Assembly: GCA_903813345.2 (NCBI GenBank)
Contig: CAIIXF020000001.1
Span: 20,088,001 to 20,152,000, forward strand
Reading direction: 5' to 3'
Source: Owenia fusiformis
Taxonomy: Eukaryota
DNA length: 64,000 nt
In this document: piece by piece, positions 37,601-48,922 of the stretch
How the letters are laid out: the number at the start of each line of letters is the position of its first letter
Numbering within the stretch: the stretch's first letter is position 1
Program-made: the position numbers and the translations under genes
The notes under the pieces: generated by a model
Seen by the model: the letters and a program-made list of their open reading frames with translations, nothing else
What the model was told of the DNA's origin: nothing
The model's database searches: none

Positions 37601-40600
37601 ACAAAACAACATTTCCATAGAATACATGTATAACAAAAAATATAAAAAAATATGTAGATATGTTTTATTTCCAATAGTTTTGTAATAGGTTAAATTTATT
37701 TCTTGACAAGAAACATGATATTTGATAAATAAATTACCTAAAAATTGAAAAGATATTTAAACAGATTCATAAGAAAGACCCTTCTAAAAGCAAGTGCATT
37801 GTTCTTATAGCTCAATTAAAAACTCCCCAGAATAGCATTTAAGAAATCTATAACTCTTGTTATACAGAGTGAGCTTCAGAGGTGATTTCTTGATATCATA
37901 GTCCAAAATGCCAAAAATGAAAGATACCATATGGCCTTTTTTTAAGTACTCAAAAAACAACCTGAAGTGATGACACTGAAGAAATACACAATAAGGGTTA
38001 TCTACATGGTACAATTATAGCATCAACAGCCACACATTCGGCACATACATCTGCACATCATAAAGTAAAGCATCTTGGATCTAAAATGCCTCCTCTGGTG
38101 CCACCTTTCAATACAGAGGAGGTTCTATCCTACAAATCTCTGATAGACCAACTGATCATATCAACCAATCATAATAGAGGCTAAATGTCTTTAACTGATG
38201 CACAAATATTTGATCTCTATATATCATGACCAAATCTAATAGAAAGCAACAAAACATTAAATTGTCATACAAAAAAATAGAAGTACGATTTCAATTTTTG
38301 GGTTACATGCCCAGACTGAAAAGTTTGAATAGACATTTAGCCTCTGTATGATATAAATGTTAGACATTGCATGGACAACAATGTTGGACAAGATGTCCAC
38401 TTACTAAGCTTAGTCTTTGTTAGCCCTAACTCTGACACATCCACTAAAATATGAATAATATGTACACACTATAAAACCCATACAATTAGAATATAACAAT
38501 AAAAATAGCACAAAAATGAAAATTAATTAAGAACATGTATTTAATGTTGCTTATAGAGGCATCAAGTCAAATATATCATAAAAGTAAAAACCAGGAATTA
38601 TTTTTCACAATTTTCTTCATGTACAGCTATTAACTCCTTTTCATAGAAATAAATCCAAAAATTTTGCTGCTGTAGTTGCCTTCAAGCTGCATTCCTTTAT
38701 GACAATAATCAATTTTTATTAAAATATATAACAAGCAATATTGTGTTGTTGATTACCATAACATACTCTAAGTTAATCTTTACATGGAGACTTCTTATCA
38801 TATCAAAAGATGTTCCACAGAGTAAAATAAAATATCAAAATATCAATTAATGTTATACATTTACCTCTGTTCCTACTACACAGGCGCCATCTTTCAATTC
38901 TTTTTATTATTTTTCCTGACTCAATCATTTACGATAAGGCTATTTCATTGAACATAATTTTTTTTATCTAAAGAAGCCAATGAGAAGAAACAAGGCACCT
39001 TTGGTGGTGACATAATGAGTAAAAAATGAAAAGGGAGTAGATAGATTTCAACTTGCATTGAAACTCAGGGTTAAGTGAAATAGCCCTTTTAAAGTAAAAC
39101 CTGTATATATTGAAAAAAATTCCCAAGAAAAAAATGTTCAGTGTTGGTAGGTGTACAGTACAGAGAGATATATACAGAAGTCAGTTGAGTATGTGTGGAG
39201 GAAGGGTCTCCACTAGAACCAGGTGTTCACTAAGACAGGTTTTACTGTAATAGAAATTTAAAGCAGGTAGAATAAGCAAAATCTGAGAAAGCAATGAATA
39301 AGATATGGACATGTAGTTGAAAAACTGTAATCTAACAAGTAAAAATAAAATAGAAAAACTTAAAATGATCAAGAAGTATAATATTCAAATAGTTCACTAT
39401 GCAACAGTCTTACCTCAAGACTGCCATCAAAAATGCATACATCTCCGTGCACTGTATTAAAAACATTAAGAACATTACCAATGTTCAGAGTTGCCGCCAA
39501 AGCATTATAGAATTAGTCAATATTTGAAAGATCAAATTTATAAAGTACTAACCTGGTCAACTGCTTGTGGAAATAGAAGAGATGAATGTGAACAAAGTAG
39601 ACAAGATATAACATAAAAATGATGCAGTGATCTCCCCAGCATTAAAGCAAGTGGGTGCAGCACCCATCTGAAATTTGAAAACAGGCTTGCACCCACCTGA
39701 AAATCCATTTGCACCCACTTGAAAATGAGAAAAATCCTTAAAATTGGCATATTTTGACCAATTTTGATCTGAGTCGTGAAAATGAGAATTTTGCACCCAC
39801 TTGAGAAAAAATTCTGTGAAGAACACTGAGATGATATCGCAAACACCACAAGTATCTGATTGGTGAAAAATATGCCTTAAAACATATTTCAATTTGAAAA
39901 ATGTGCCACATACTGACAATTCATGAAAATTGTGTCATGACACTTTCTCAATTTGAAATATGGTGTCGAGTCAAATACTGTCCATAAAATTGGAATTTTG
40001 ATATCATGTATACATGTACAATATATAAGGAGTGTACTTTAGAGGCAGAATTATGCAAAGCCAGCAAACCACTGAATATGGGAGAACAAATACAGATCCA
40101 AAACAGAGATATCATACTTCTTCCTTATATGGATGGAAATGAGACTATATTCAATGCACTTAATTGACCATGATCAAGTCCTATGTATTTGTATCCCAAA
40201 TTGAGTCAATTGAATGATTGGAAATATTAAAACCATTTGATAGCCAATACTCAATTGAGTCATTGAACTAAAGTATTAAGAATATCAAAGATCTGAAGAA
40301 GTATATCAAAAAAGACAATTTCAGTTTCAAATGAAAGGTATGAGGAGAAAATGGAGAAAAAACATGCCATGATTGGTTTGATGAAAAAATGCTTTAACCT
40401 GCAAGATAACAAGAATGAAACCCATATGTTCAATATCAATGAGGAGCAAGGTTTGAAAGCAGCAGACAAGGCACAAAAGCTTCAAACAACCAATCTTGGA
40501 AAATAATCAAAAGAAAGAACAGCATATAGTTATTGATCATCACCTATTACATGTAGTTATAAAACCTGAAATATTTACAATTTTAACTGCACATAAAAGT

Positions 40601-43600
40601 CAATCATGCATGTGTTTTATAACAATAAAAACCAAACCATGCATGTGCCCCGTAACAAAGACCCAACCATGCAGGTGTCCTGTAATAAAAAAAATGCATG
40701 CAAAACCATGCACATGTAGGACAATGAGCTGCACCAAGAGGAAGAGACAGTACAATGAGCAGTACAATGAGCGATACCAACGTGTGACAAGGAAACATAT
40801 ATAGCACACAAGCATGTGACTGACTGGGGTGTATGAAGAAGAAGCTTACCATTGTGAATGCTATGGACCGAGTGTTGGGATTTTTTAGATGATGAACGGC
40901 TGTGGTTGGAGGGATCCACAATGGGGGTACCATCAGGCAAGGTGCCCCCTGTTGAAGCCACTGCAACTGAAGGTGGAAGTGTGTAAAGCAGAAGTAGAGC
41001 TTTGTAGCTTGTATAGAGGAAAGCAGGTGCTGTTAGAAAATGTCACACGCCAGATTATACATATAATACAGGGCAACTCTCATCTCAATAAACCAATCGA
41101 GACGTTTATACACAAGGCATGAACATGCAAAATGTCACCACCTACCATTTGTTACAATCACCGAACTTTGAACACCGACCACTAATTGCTAAACACCAAC
41201 TGCTGAACACCGCTCACAAAAAAGGTGGAGACCATAACAATATGTCAACACTTGTGGTGGTGACATAATAATGTGTATCATCCCCAATTTGCATATCTTA
41301 ACAGTAAGCGATATAATAGTCTATGATGATTTCTCCCTACGTCCCTAAGTTAATGTAATAAATCTAATTCAATTTCATCATTTTGATTAATAGTAGGTGT
41401 AAAGTGAGGATGGTATATGAGATGAGAATATTCCTCAATAGAGCGCAACAATACAATCTACATCATGTCCTGCATAAGATAGTTCAAGTCCAACACAGCC
41501 CTCAGTATAAACCTCAAGATTCTCAAAATAACCCAGGTGTATATATATTGTTCCAACACATTCTGGGGGATCCTAAAGAGTCGTGCATTCCTTCCATTAA
41601 CTTCTTTCTGCTTTCAAACCGCAGGAATATAATAGAACTACAAAAATGTCTAAATAACATAGATCTGTCCAAAAATACTGCTTTTCACCAAAATGCTTTT
41701 GGATAAATTTCAGGATTTGGAGACAAAGGATTAGGACATTATAATTTCTTCAAATATAAAAGTACATCCTTATGTTAAATAAAAAAGCTCTAACAAAGAT
41801 TGATAATGTATAATGTACAAGTAGGAATCAACGAACTTGCACATGATTTTATTTTGTGCATTACTCAATCAAAAATAGAATCAATGTCACAAACCATATT
41901 ATCAAAATGAAACTTTCTCTTAAAATATAAAATCAAACAAATTGAATCTGGACTTTTTCTTAGATTTTATTTTAAATATGAGAATCTTGAGTTACATACT
42001 GTAAACAGGCAGCTATGAAAGGATCGTCTACACATTGAGAAGTGCTGAGTAAAGATTTGAGGCCTATTACATTACAAAATGCTGGTCTCAATCAAAGTAA
42101 CTAAAATGCATCCTGCTAAATCATGCATATATAGCTTTCTTTCAATTTTGAATGAACTGCATAATTTCTTATGTGATGATGCTTATTAAAAATTGTATTT
42201 TAGTGATAAAATCTAAAGTATAGGTCTCGGGATATATGTCATAAATATTCAGTTTTTACCTAAAAACTGCTCGTACTTATCTGTCACCAGGCCAACATTT
42301 CCCGGAAAGGGTTAAGTCATTTTCATCAGCAGATTGCTTTATGTTGTGTTTAACATGGTTTAAAATAATGTAATTTAGCATTGATTGAGTCCAGCATCAA
42401 GTGTTACTTAATAAAATGAGCAAAGATATGTCTACATTTGTATAGATTGTTCCAGTCTTGCATCACCCCCTTACCCCTCTCAATTCACAAATAGGAGCAG
42501 CCAATTTTGAAAGCATATTTTTCATTCTGTGGTTGAACAGTACTTTGATCCTCATAGATGTCATTTTTATTTGATGATTAAAGTTTTTATTTGATGATTA
42601 AAGGTTTTGTTGAAATAGAGTTTTGGAATTTTATGTCAATATCTAATAAAAGAAATCTGTGTTCAAATCTTTAATTCAAGTTTTCAAATATGCATTTTAT
42701 TGTCTGGAACATAAACACAGATGTGACCTCTAGCCCTTTTATGAATCTAAATTCATGAAATATTTACATGTTTTCTACATGATTTCCTCAAATAGATACC
42801 CTCTATTATGAGTCTTCATGAATTGAATTTTAAAAAATGTAAGAGAGAGCTTAAAAGAAGACTAAATCTAAAACTAACTATTTTAAGTTCTTACTGAAGT
42901 GAACATGTAGGACTCTCATGAAACTTAATTTTTGATCATCTACTCAACTGCAGAACCTCAAAACTCAAGTTCTTTCCTTCTTCTTAAGGAAAGCAAACCA
43001 AGGAGCACTGCATTTGGTTGATGTATTTAAATTCATATTCAGTGTAACAACTGTATTAAAGGTAAACTGGTCATTGCACCCTTAACTTGCAATTCAATCC
43101 ACAATAATTGATTGTTTTAGCTGTGTTGCAATTTTAGGATGCAATGATCCGTTTAACAGGCATATCTATTATAGATTAGTTAAGGTTATTAGTGTTAATT
43201 TAAATGCCTTATATGGTCTTATTATCAGGTTCACCTCAGTGGTTTTAAGTCCCTTACCTGCACGGCCGCGTTTAGCAGCCTCTCCACCACTACTATCATG
43301 GCGAGCATGACCGGCACGGCCAAGCTTCTCTGTCAATCCTTGAATTTTTTCTACAAGGCGTGGTTTACTTTCCTGCTTGTCAGAGATCTCCTGTAGCTGA
43401 GCCTGTATAATAGGAGCACTAACAGTTTGTGAGGCCATAGCGGCCACATCACGCACATTATAACTGCCTTCCTTACCCAGAGTCAAAGATTTCTGAGGGG
43501 GGCCAGATGGTCGTTTCAGGAAAGATAAAAATAGATGTTCGCAGAGTTCTTTTGGGATGTCATCCACCTCAAGGTATGTTTCCATGAACTGTTTGAAGCC

Positions 43601-46600
43601 TTCATAGTCAATAGGCTGCAATAGAGAGAGTATTGGTTAGCTCATTGCAAGGGTAGTCTATTATATAACTGTTGTCTCATCATATACAAGTGCATAGAAA
43701 TCATATTGTCCTGTGATTCTTTAAAAGGGTGTATAACATTCATATTTGAGCACTTGTATTTAATACTGACATCAGACAGATACAAAGTTAGTGAAATCAT
43801 ATGAAAATGTCTACTATTTTCGCTTTAACTCAGACATGAGGTTTAGTATAATTTGCATGCAAGAAGGTCAAAGAAACAATAAAATACTAAGTTGGATTAC
43901 ATCAATGAGTTCAATTGAATTGAATATTTAAATAATGAACTGTCTAGTAACAAATAAGAATGAAATTAAAAATACTAATGATTCTATGCAAGCATATTAT
44001 GGATATTAGCCAAGCATGGACAAATTCAAGTTATTACACTTCATAAAATAAAATAATGCACTACTTCAAAGAAAAATAATTTTTGCAATTATATGTAACA
44101 CAACTTAATAACCAAATGTTGCATCTACAAAGTTCAATCTATGCAAAATATGTATCTTTATTTGTCATGGTGTAATGCAGATGGGGAGCCAAATGACAAA
44201 TGTTTTTCGTAATTGCAATCGAAAAAAGTGTAAAAATGTGTCGAAACAGTTGTTGGAAAACCAAGTGAGACAAATGTTATATGAAAACAATGTATAAATT
44301 TTTTTTTTATTAAATTATATGAAAGCTTCTTCCTTGTATGGGTCAATTGTGGCTATAGTACTACGGCCAAGGCGATTTGTGTCCAAAACACCTAGATTCA
44401 ATTTGACTTTAGATTCTTGTAGGGGACCCCAAGGCATGTAAAAAAATGTTTGTGAACCCTTGCAAAGCAGGCTCAAAAGTGCTGAGTCAGCAAATTTTAT
44501 CATTTTCGAGTCAGAATTTGACCATATGCTTGAAACTATTTAATATCTCATTTGAGGATGATGCAATTGTAATGAAACATTGTTAATATATCAATAAGGC
44601 ATGTATGAAGAATTCCTGAAAGTTTGGGTCTTATTCAACAAAATTTGGTAGAGATATGGGATAATTTGTCCCTAAAAGTACATAATTTCTCCTCAAAATG
44701 TCTTAATCAGTCGATAGTTAATCAGTCATTTAAAAAACAGTAAGGGCCTATGGTGTATAAAACCTGATTAAAAACTTCACTGATGATGTGAGCAAATATT
44801 TCTTGAATAAGTTTCAATAAAAAGTGCATGCATCTATTTTTTCTGATTTTTCTCTTTACCTTCCCCTAAAAATTCAAGAAAGGGGGCGTGGCACCTTACA
44901 CTTCAGTTGTTGAACTTTTTGCTAGGGTCAAATAGAAAATATGTATCATTATAGCAAAAAGTGTTATTCTAAATAAATCTTAACACTATATGTGACATCA
45001 TAATATGCTAAACATATTCATTATCTATCATTTTATTGAAACTTATTCAAGAAATATTTGCTAACATCATCAGTGAAGTTTTAAATCAGGTTTTATACAC
45101 CATATGCCCTTACTGTTTTTTAAACGACCGATTAACTATCGACTGATTAAGAAATTTTGAAGAGAAATTATGTACTTTTAGGGACAAATTATCCCATATC
45201 TCGACCATATTTTGTTGGTTAAGACCCAAACTTTCAGGAATTCTTCACACATGCCTTATTGATATAGTGACAATGTTTCATTATAATTGCAACATCCTGA
45301 AATGAGGTATTAAATAGTTTCAAGCATATAGTCAAATTCCGACTCAAAAATAATAAAATTTGCTGACTCAGCACTTTTGAGCCTGCTTTGCAAGGGTTCA
45401 CAAACTTTTTTTACATGCCTTGGGGTCCCCTACAAGAATCTAAAGTCAAATTGAATCTAGGTGTTTTGGACACAAATCGCCTTGGCCGTAGTACTACTAT
45501 GCATCAAACTGATATTGAAATTCAAAGATGAGGAATGAAGGATTCTAGAAAAAATAAGTCTCATATTGACATGTTTCAACCCATAAGAATCAAAATGAAA
45601 CCGTGCAACCATCTCTTTTAATTTTCATTTGATGGTATATAAAGATTTTAATAAGCAAAACAATATAAGTTGTGAGTCTTGTGAGAATGCCATCTCTGTG
45701 TTAAGTATTTATAATAGTGATATCCATGTGGTGTTTTGTTAAGTGACCATGTGGTGCGAGTGGTGCAATTCTAAAAGCAACACACAGGGTGAGGGTGGGC
45801 CAGAAAAAATAGAGTAAAAATAAACCCTATCACATTCAAATATTATACGAAAAATATATGTTTATTTTCTCATAGATTTTTAGTAATCATGATATTTATA
45901 AAACAGAAAGGAATTAAAATGAGATTGGATGGAGATAAGTACTGCAATTAGGGATGCCTATTATAGTGCTATCTGAACTGATTAAAGCATGTTTAAGTTC
46001 TCAAAACCTCAATACTCTACAAGCAGAGTGCCAGAATATTAAAAAAAGTTGATAGCTTTCCGCCAACCTGTCTTAAGGTAGGCCAAGGAGGATGCATTTT
46101 GAACTGATTGTGAATAAAGTCAGTATATAAGCCTATGAGGCCAAACATACCAAGCATTCTACTTGGTCTACCTTACATAAATGTGGTTATGTATAAGCCA
46201 GCTAGGATTGTGATGATGAGCTATATTTACGCCTTAACCAGTTCAGATAATCTGCACTAAATGACATTTGTTAAATGTTGACAATTACATTTTTGAAGTA
46301 AGTTCAAGTAAATTACACAGGAATTTATATTTGAATGTGGCAGGTATGTTATATTGTGAGAATTGCCACCACAGTGGGTCTTACTCTCTCCAAGACCTCC
46401 AAATCCTGAGACTGGAAAGGGAATAGGCCTCAGGATTAATTCATGCAAGACATAGGGATGTATAATGCACAATACATACAGACAATGGTTGGTTACTCAT
46501 TTCATGAGATCATTGTTACCATAGAAACAGCAACAAGATGTCATGACTTTACAAGCTTCAATAAAATTAACATGGTTTCATTAGAAAGTATGACATTGTA

Positions 46601-48922
46601 AAGATATAGCATAATGATTCCCCAGTATTGTGTCTCACATGAGTGTAAAACTTTAATTTTACCAATTTTAATCAACAAATACATGAAGTTTCAGGTACAG
46701 AGGTCAGAGGTACAGGTTGATTTAATATTGTAGAAATCCCTCTATTGGTTACAGTATTGGTAAATTCCCAATTGCCCAATGCGAATGGTCGATAGTCATG
46801 AAAATGGTAGATAGTGATATAAATGGTAGAAAGTCATATAAATAGTAGAGTCATACAAATGGTAGATAGTCATATAAATGGTAGATATAAATAATGGTAG
46901 AGAGTCATGTAAATGGTTAATAGTTATGTGAATGGTAGATGGTCAATTGGTCATGTAAATGGTGAATAATCATATAAATGTAGATGCATGTAGTCATGTT
47001 ATTGGTAGATCACAGTCATGTAAATGGAAGATAGTCATGTAAAAAGTAGATAGTCATGTTAATGATAGATTAAGTCATGTTAATGGTAGATAGTCATGTA
47101 AATGGAAGATAGTCATGTAAATGGTGGATGATAATTTGAAAATACAAATTTACTCAATTTAATCAATTTCCTGAGAATGTGGCAGTTCAGAATTGAGAAT
47201 GAAAATAAGTGAAGATACATGTATACTCAAATTAATACTGATATGACAGATTCATTCACAAATAAAGAATTCTATAATAAAATTTTGATGTTTTCAATGT
47301 TACTTCACATAATCATTTAATCTTTCATAATTTGAACTTTCCATTTGAACATGAATATTAATTAATATTAATTATTAATTGACTACATGGATTTTTCATA
47401 CATGTAGTTAAGGCTAAGCCCAAAACATCATCATGTCCCCCTCAGGCCCCTTAAATAAGGGGAAAACCTAAACTACTCAAAGTAAAAACAAAGCCAAAAA
47501 GAAATGAAAAGAAACCAAACAGAAGTAATAAAGCAAAATCTCAAAGTTCAGAACATAATTTAAAACAATTGAATGTCTCTAAAATGTAGCACTGAGGAAG
47601 AATTTGATTCAAGCAGAAAATTAATTTTGTAATAATACTCCTAACATTGTCACTGCGTAATACTTATAGGAATATCTTTTATTCATTGACTAATTTCTAC
47701 CATCTTGATCCATCTTGGTATTTCATATAAACTGAGAACCAATGAGGGTGATGACGATTAAAAAGACCCATTCAGTAAACAGACAGTTGCCCAAGTTCAG
47801 ATATTTCAAGAGAGTTAGTGTCAAGACTGCATTGATGATAATAATATTCACTGTATAGTGGCATATTGCATACATTTCCATGCATTGACTATTGTCATGT
47901 TAATCAAACCCAATAATTACATAAAATATGGTTTTATCGATTTCATTAATTTAACAATTAGCTAACAATGAAAGTACATGTATAGTATACTGATGAAATT
48001 AAAAACGGACCTTACTAATACATGATTTAACATACTGCATATGCACGATATGTATTTAACGATAAGCTAAGATGCTTTTAGAATTTAGACCTAAAGAAAA
48101 TATCCTGTTATAATGTTAACAGAGCCATGCCCAATTTCATAAACAACAGGTATGATAGATATACAGTAAAACCTGTGTACACCTATGAAGCTAAAAAAAT
48201 GTGTTCACTGTAGGTAGGTGTTCACTACAGAGATTGTAATTTATACAGAAGTCAGTTGAGTATATGGTCAGGAAGGGTGTCTTTTAGAGACAGGTGTTCA
48301 CTTAAGACAGGTTCTACTGTAGTACTATAATCCTGCACCGAGAAAAACAAGCAACTTGCAAATTAATTGTTCTATTAGCCTATATAACATGTTGACCTTG
48401 GACATAAATTGACCTATCATACTGAACTTAAATCAGCCTATCACAAGCTAACCTTACATATGAACTGACCTATTACATGTTGACAATATACAATATAATT
48501 TGATCTATCGCAAGCTGACCTTAAACATAAAAAACATAAAATCTCAAGCTGACCTCGCATATAAATTGACCTACCAAATGTTAACATTGCAAATAAATTA
48601 ACCAATAATATGTTGACCTTGAACATAAATTAACCTATCATATGTTGACCTTGAACATAAATGAACCTATCATATGTTGACCTTGAACATGAATTAACTC
48701 ATAATATGTTGACCTTGAATATGAATTAACCCATCATATGTTGACCTTGAACATAAATTGGCCTATGGCATGTTGACAATGTACATAAACTTATCTATCA
48801 CAAGTTAAAATTTCACATAAATTTAAAAAATGTCTAGTTTAAATGTTGACCAGTTAACATGTCAGCACTCACCTCCTCTGGATTGTATTTGGACAACACA
48901 TCTTTCAACTTCTTATTGGAAT
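19609..48922 (-). CDS. DGKB: Type I diacylglycerol kinase (DGK beta/alpha/gamma-like; EF-hands, 2 C1 domains, catalytic domain), multi-exon; first coding exon lies upstream of 48922
   Basis: Phase-consistent exons, in transcript order: 48873-48922 (SNKKLKDVL), 43258-43615 ([17 protein letters not shown]), 40850-40966, 36232-36396 ([21 protein letters not shown]), [35466-35515 or 33955-34004], 32930-33004, 32657-32776 (EF-hand [13 protein letters not shown]), 32135-32252 and 31847-31935 (C1a), 31374-31490 and 31074-31172 (C1b), 30313-30384, 28693-28784 ([15 protein letters not shown]), 28391-28468, 27834-27919 (CGGDGTVGW), 27432-27521 ([11 protein letters not shown]), 26869-27029 (NNYFSIGV), [26558-26622 or 25448-25512], 23212-23302, 22309-22516 (LNIPSIYGG), 21208-21328, 20754-20814 (PMQIDGEPW), 19609-19698 (TGA stop). 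The symbol names the closest vertebrate type, not proven orthology. Confidence 0.93.
20085..20687. mobile_element. Non-autonomous element with 122-bp identical direct repeats and a long internal hairpin
   Basis: 20154-20275 equals 20566-20687; inverted repeat at about 20255-20440 centred on CGAAGCCCGAAGGGC. Confidence 0.65.
21310..21700. repeat. ~32-bp minisatellite overlapping a DGK 3' splice site
   Basis: Units resembling ATCAACTGGTCATCAATATCTAAAACAAGCCA; the first unit overlaps exon 21208-21328. Confidence 0.85.
25448..25512 (-). CDS. DGKB: DGK alternative catalytic-accessory exon [23 protein letters not shown]
   Basis: ctgcag|GAC...AG|gtagag; 65 nt, phase 0 to 2; matches the type I DGK consensus [20 protein letters not shown]. 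Confidence 0.88.
26558..26622 (-). CDS. DGKB: DGK alternative catalytic-accessory exon [23 protein letters not shown]
   Basis: ttccag|GAT...AG|gtttgt; 65 nt, phase 0 to 2. Confidence 0.82.
30671..30835. repeat. Long imperfect hairpin (transposon-derived, part of a GC-richer insert at about 30465-30835)
   Basis: AATATAGACC..AGAGCAGG..GTCGAATACACCCC..GCTAGGCACAAA is mirrored by TTTGTGCCTAGC..GGGGTGTATTCGAC..CCTGCTCT..GGTCTATATT. Confidence 0.75.
33279..33687. mobile_element. PIF/Harbinger-like MITE
   Basis: About 55-bp TIRs (GGGAAGGCATCAAAAGA.CAATGTCTGATAG); flanks TCA / TTA. Confidence 0.7.
33955..34004 (-). CDS. DGKB: DGK alternative EF-hand exon B: (F)[16 protein letters not shown]
   Basis: tttcag|TC ATG...AGT|gtaagt; 50 nt, same phases as exon A; long pyrimidine tract upstream. 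Confidence 0.8.
34181..34351. mobile_element. Tc1/mariner (pogo/Tigger-like) MITE
   Basis: TIRs CAGTAGAACCTGT..TCCGAACACC / GGTGTTCGGA..ACAGGTTTTACTG with TA on both sides; related copies at about 39093-39247, 48164-48319 and 58085-58171. Confidence 0.75.
35466..35515 (-). CDS. DGKB: DGK alternative EF-hand exon A: (F)[16 protein letters not shown]
   Basis: ttgtag|TC ATG...GAT|gtaagt; 50 nt, phase 1 to 0; canonical EF loop [11 protein letters not shown] plus E from the next exon. Confidence 0.9.
36910..37065. repeat. Three tandem ~53-bp units
   Basis: ATGTAGAAAGTGAATTAATTGTTCTTAATAACTT.AAAGGTGCAAGCAGTCCA repeated three times. Confidence 0.85.
44361..45491. mobile_element. 1.13-kb foldback/MITE with ~460-bp inverted arms and TA target-site duplication
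   Basis: Begins CTACGGCCAAGGCGATTTGTGTCC and ends GGACACAAATCGCCTTGGCCGTAG; arms at about 44361-44823 and 45030-45491; TA at 44359-44360 and 45492-45493. Confidence 0.9.
46790..47130. repeat. ~19-bp minisatellite
   Basis: AATGGTAGATAGTCATGTA-like units. Confidence 0.85.
48385..48800. repeat. ~32-bp minisatellite
   Basis: TATGTTGACCTTGAACATAAATTAACCTATCA-like units. Confidence 0.85.

Noticed and set aside
37730-37755. TTTTCAATTTTTAG|GTAATT on the minus strand, resembling a recursive splice site
   Set aside because: The intron is only about 4.4 kb and such motifs arise by chance in AT-rich DNA.
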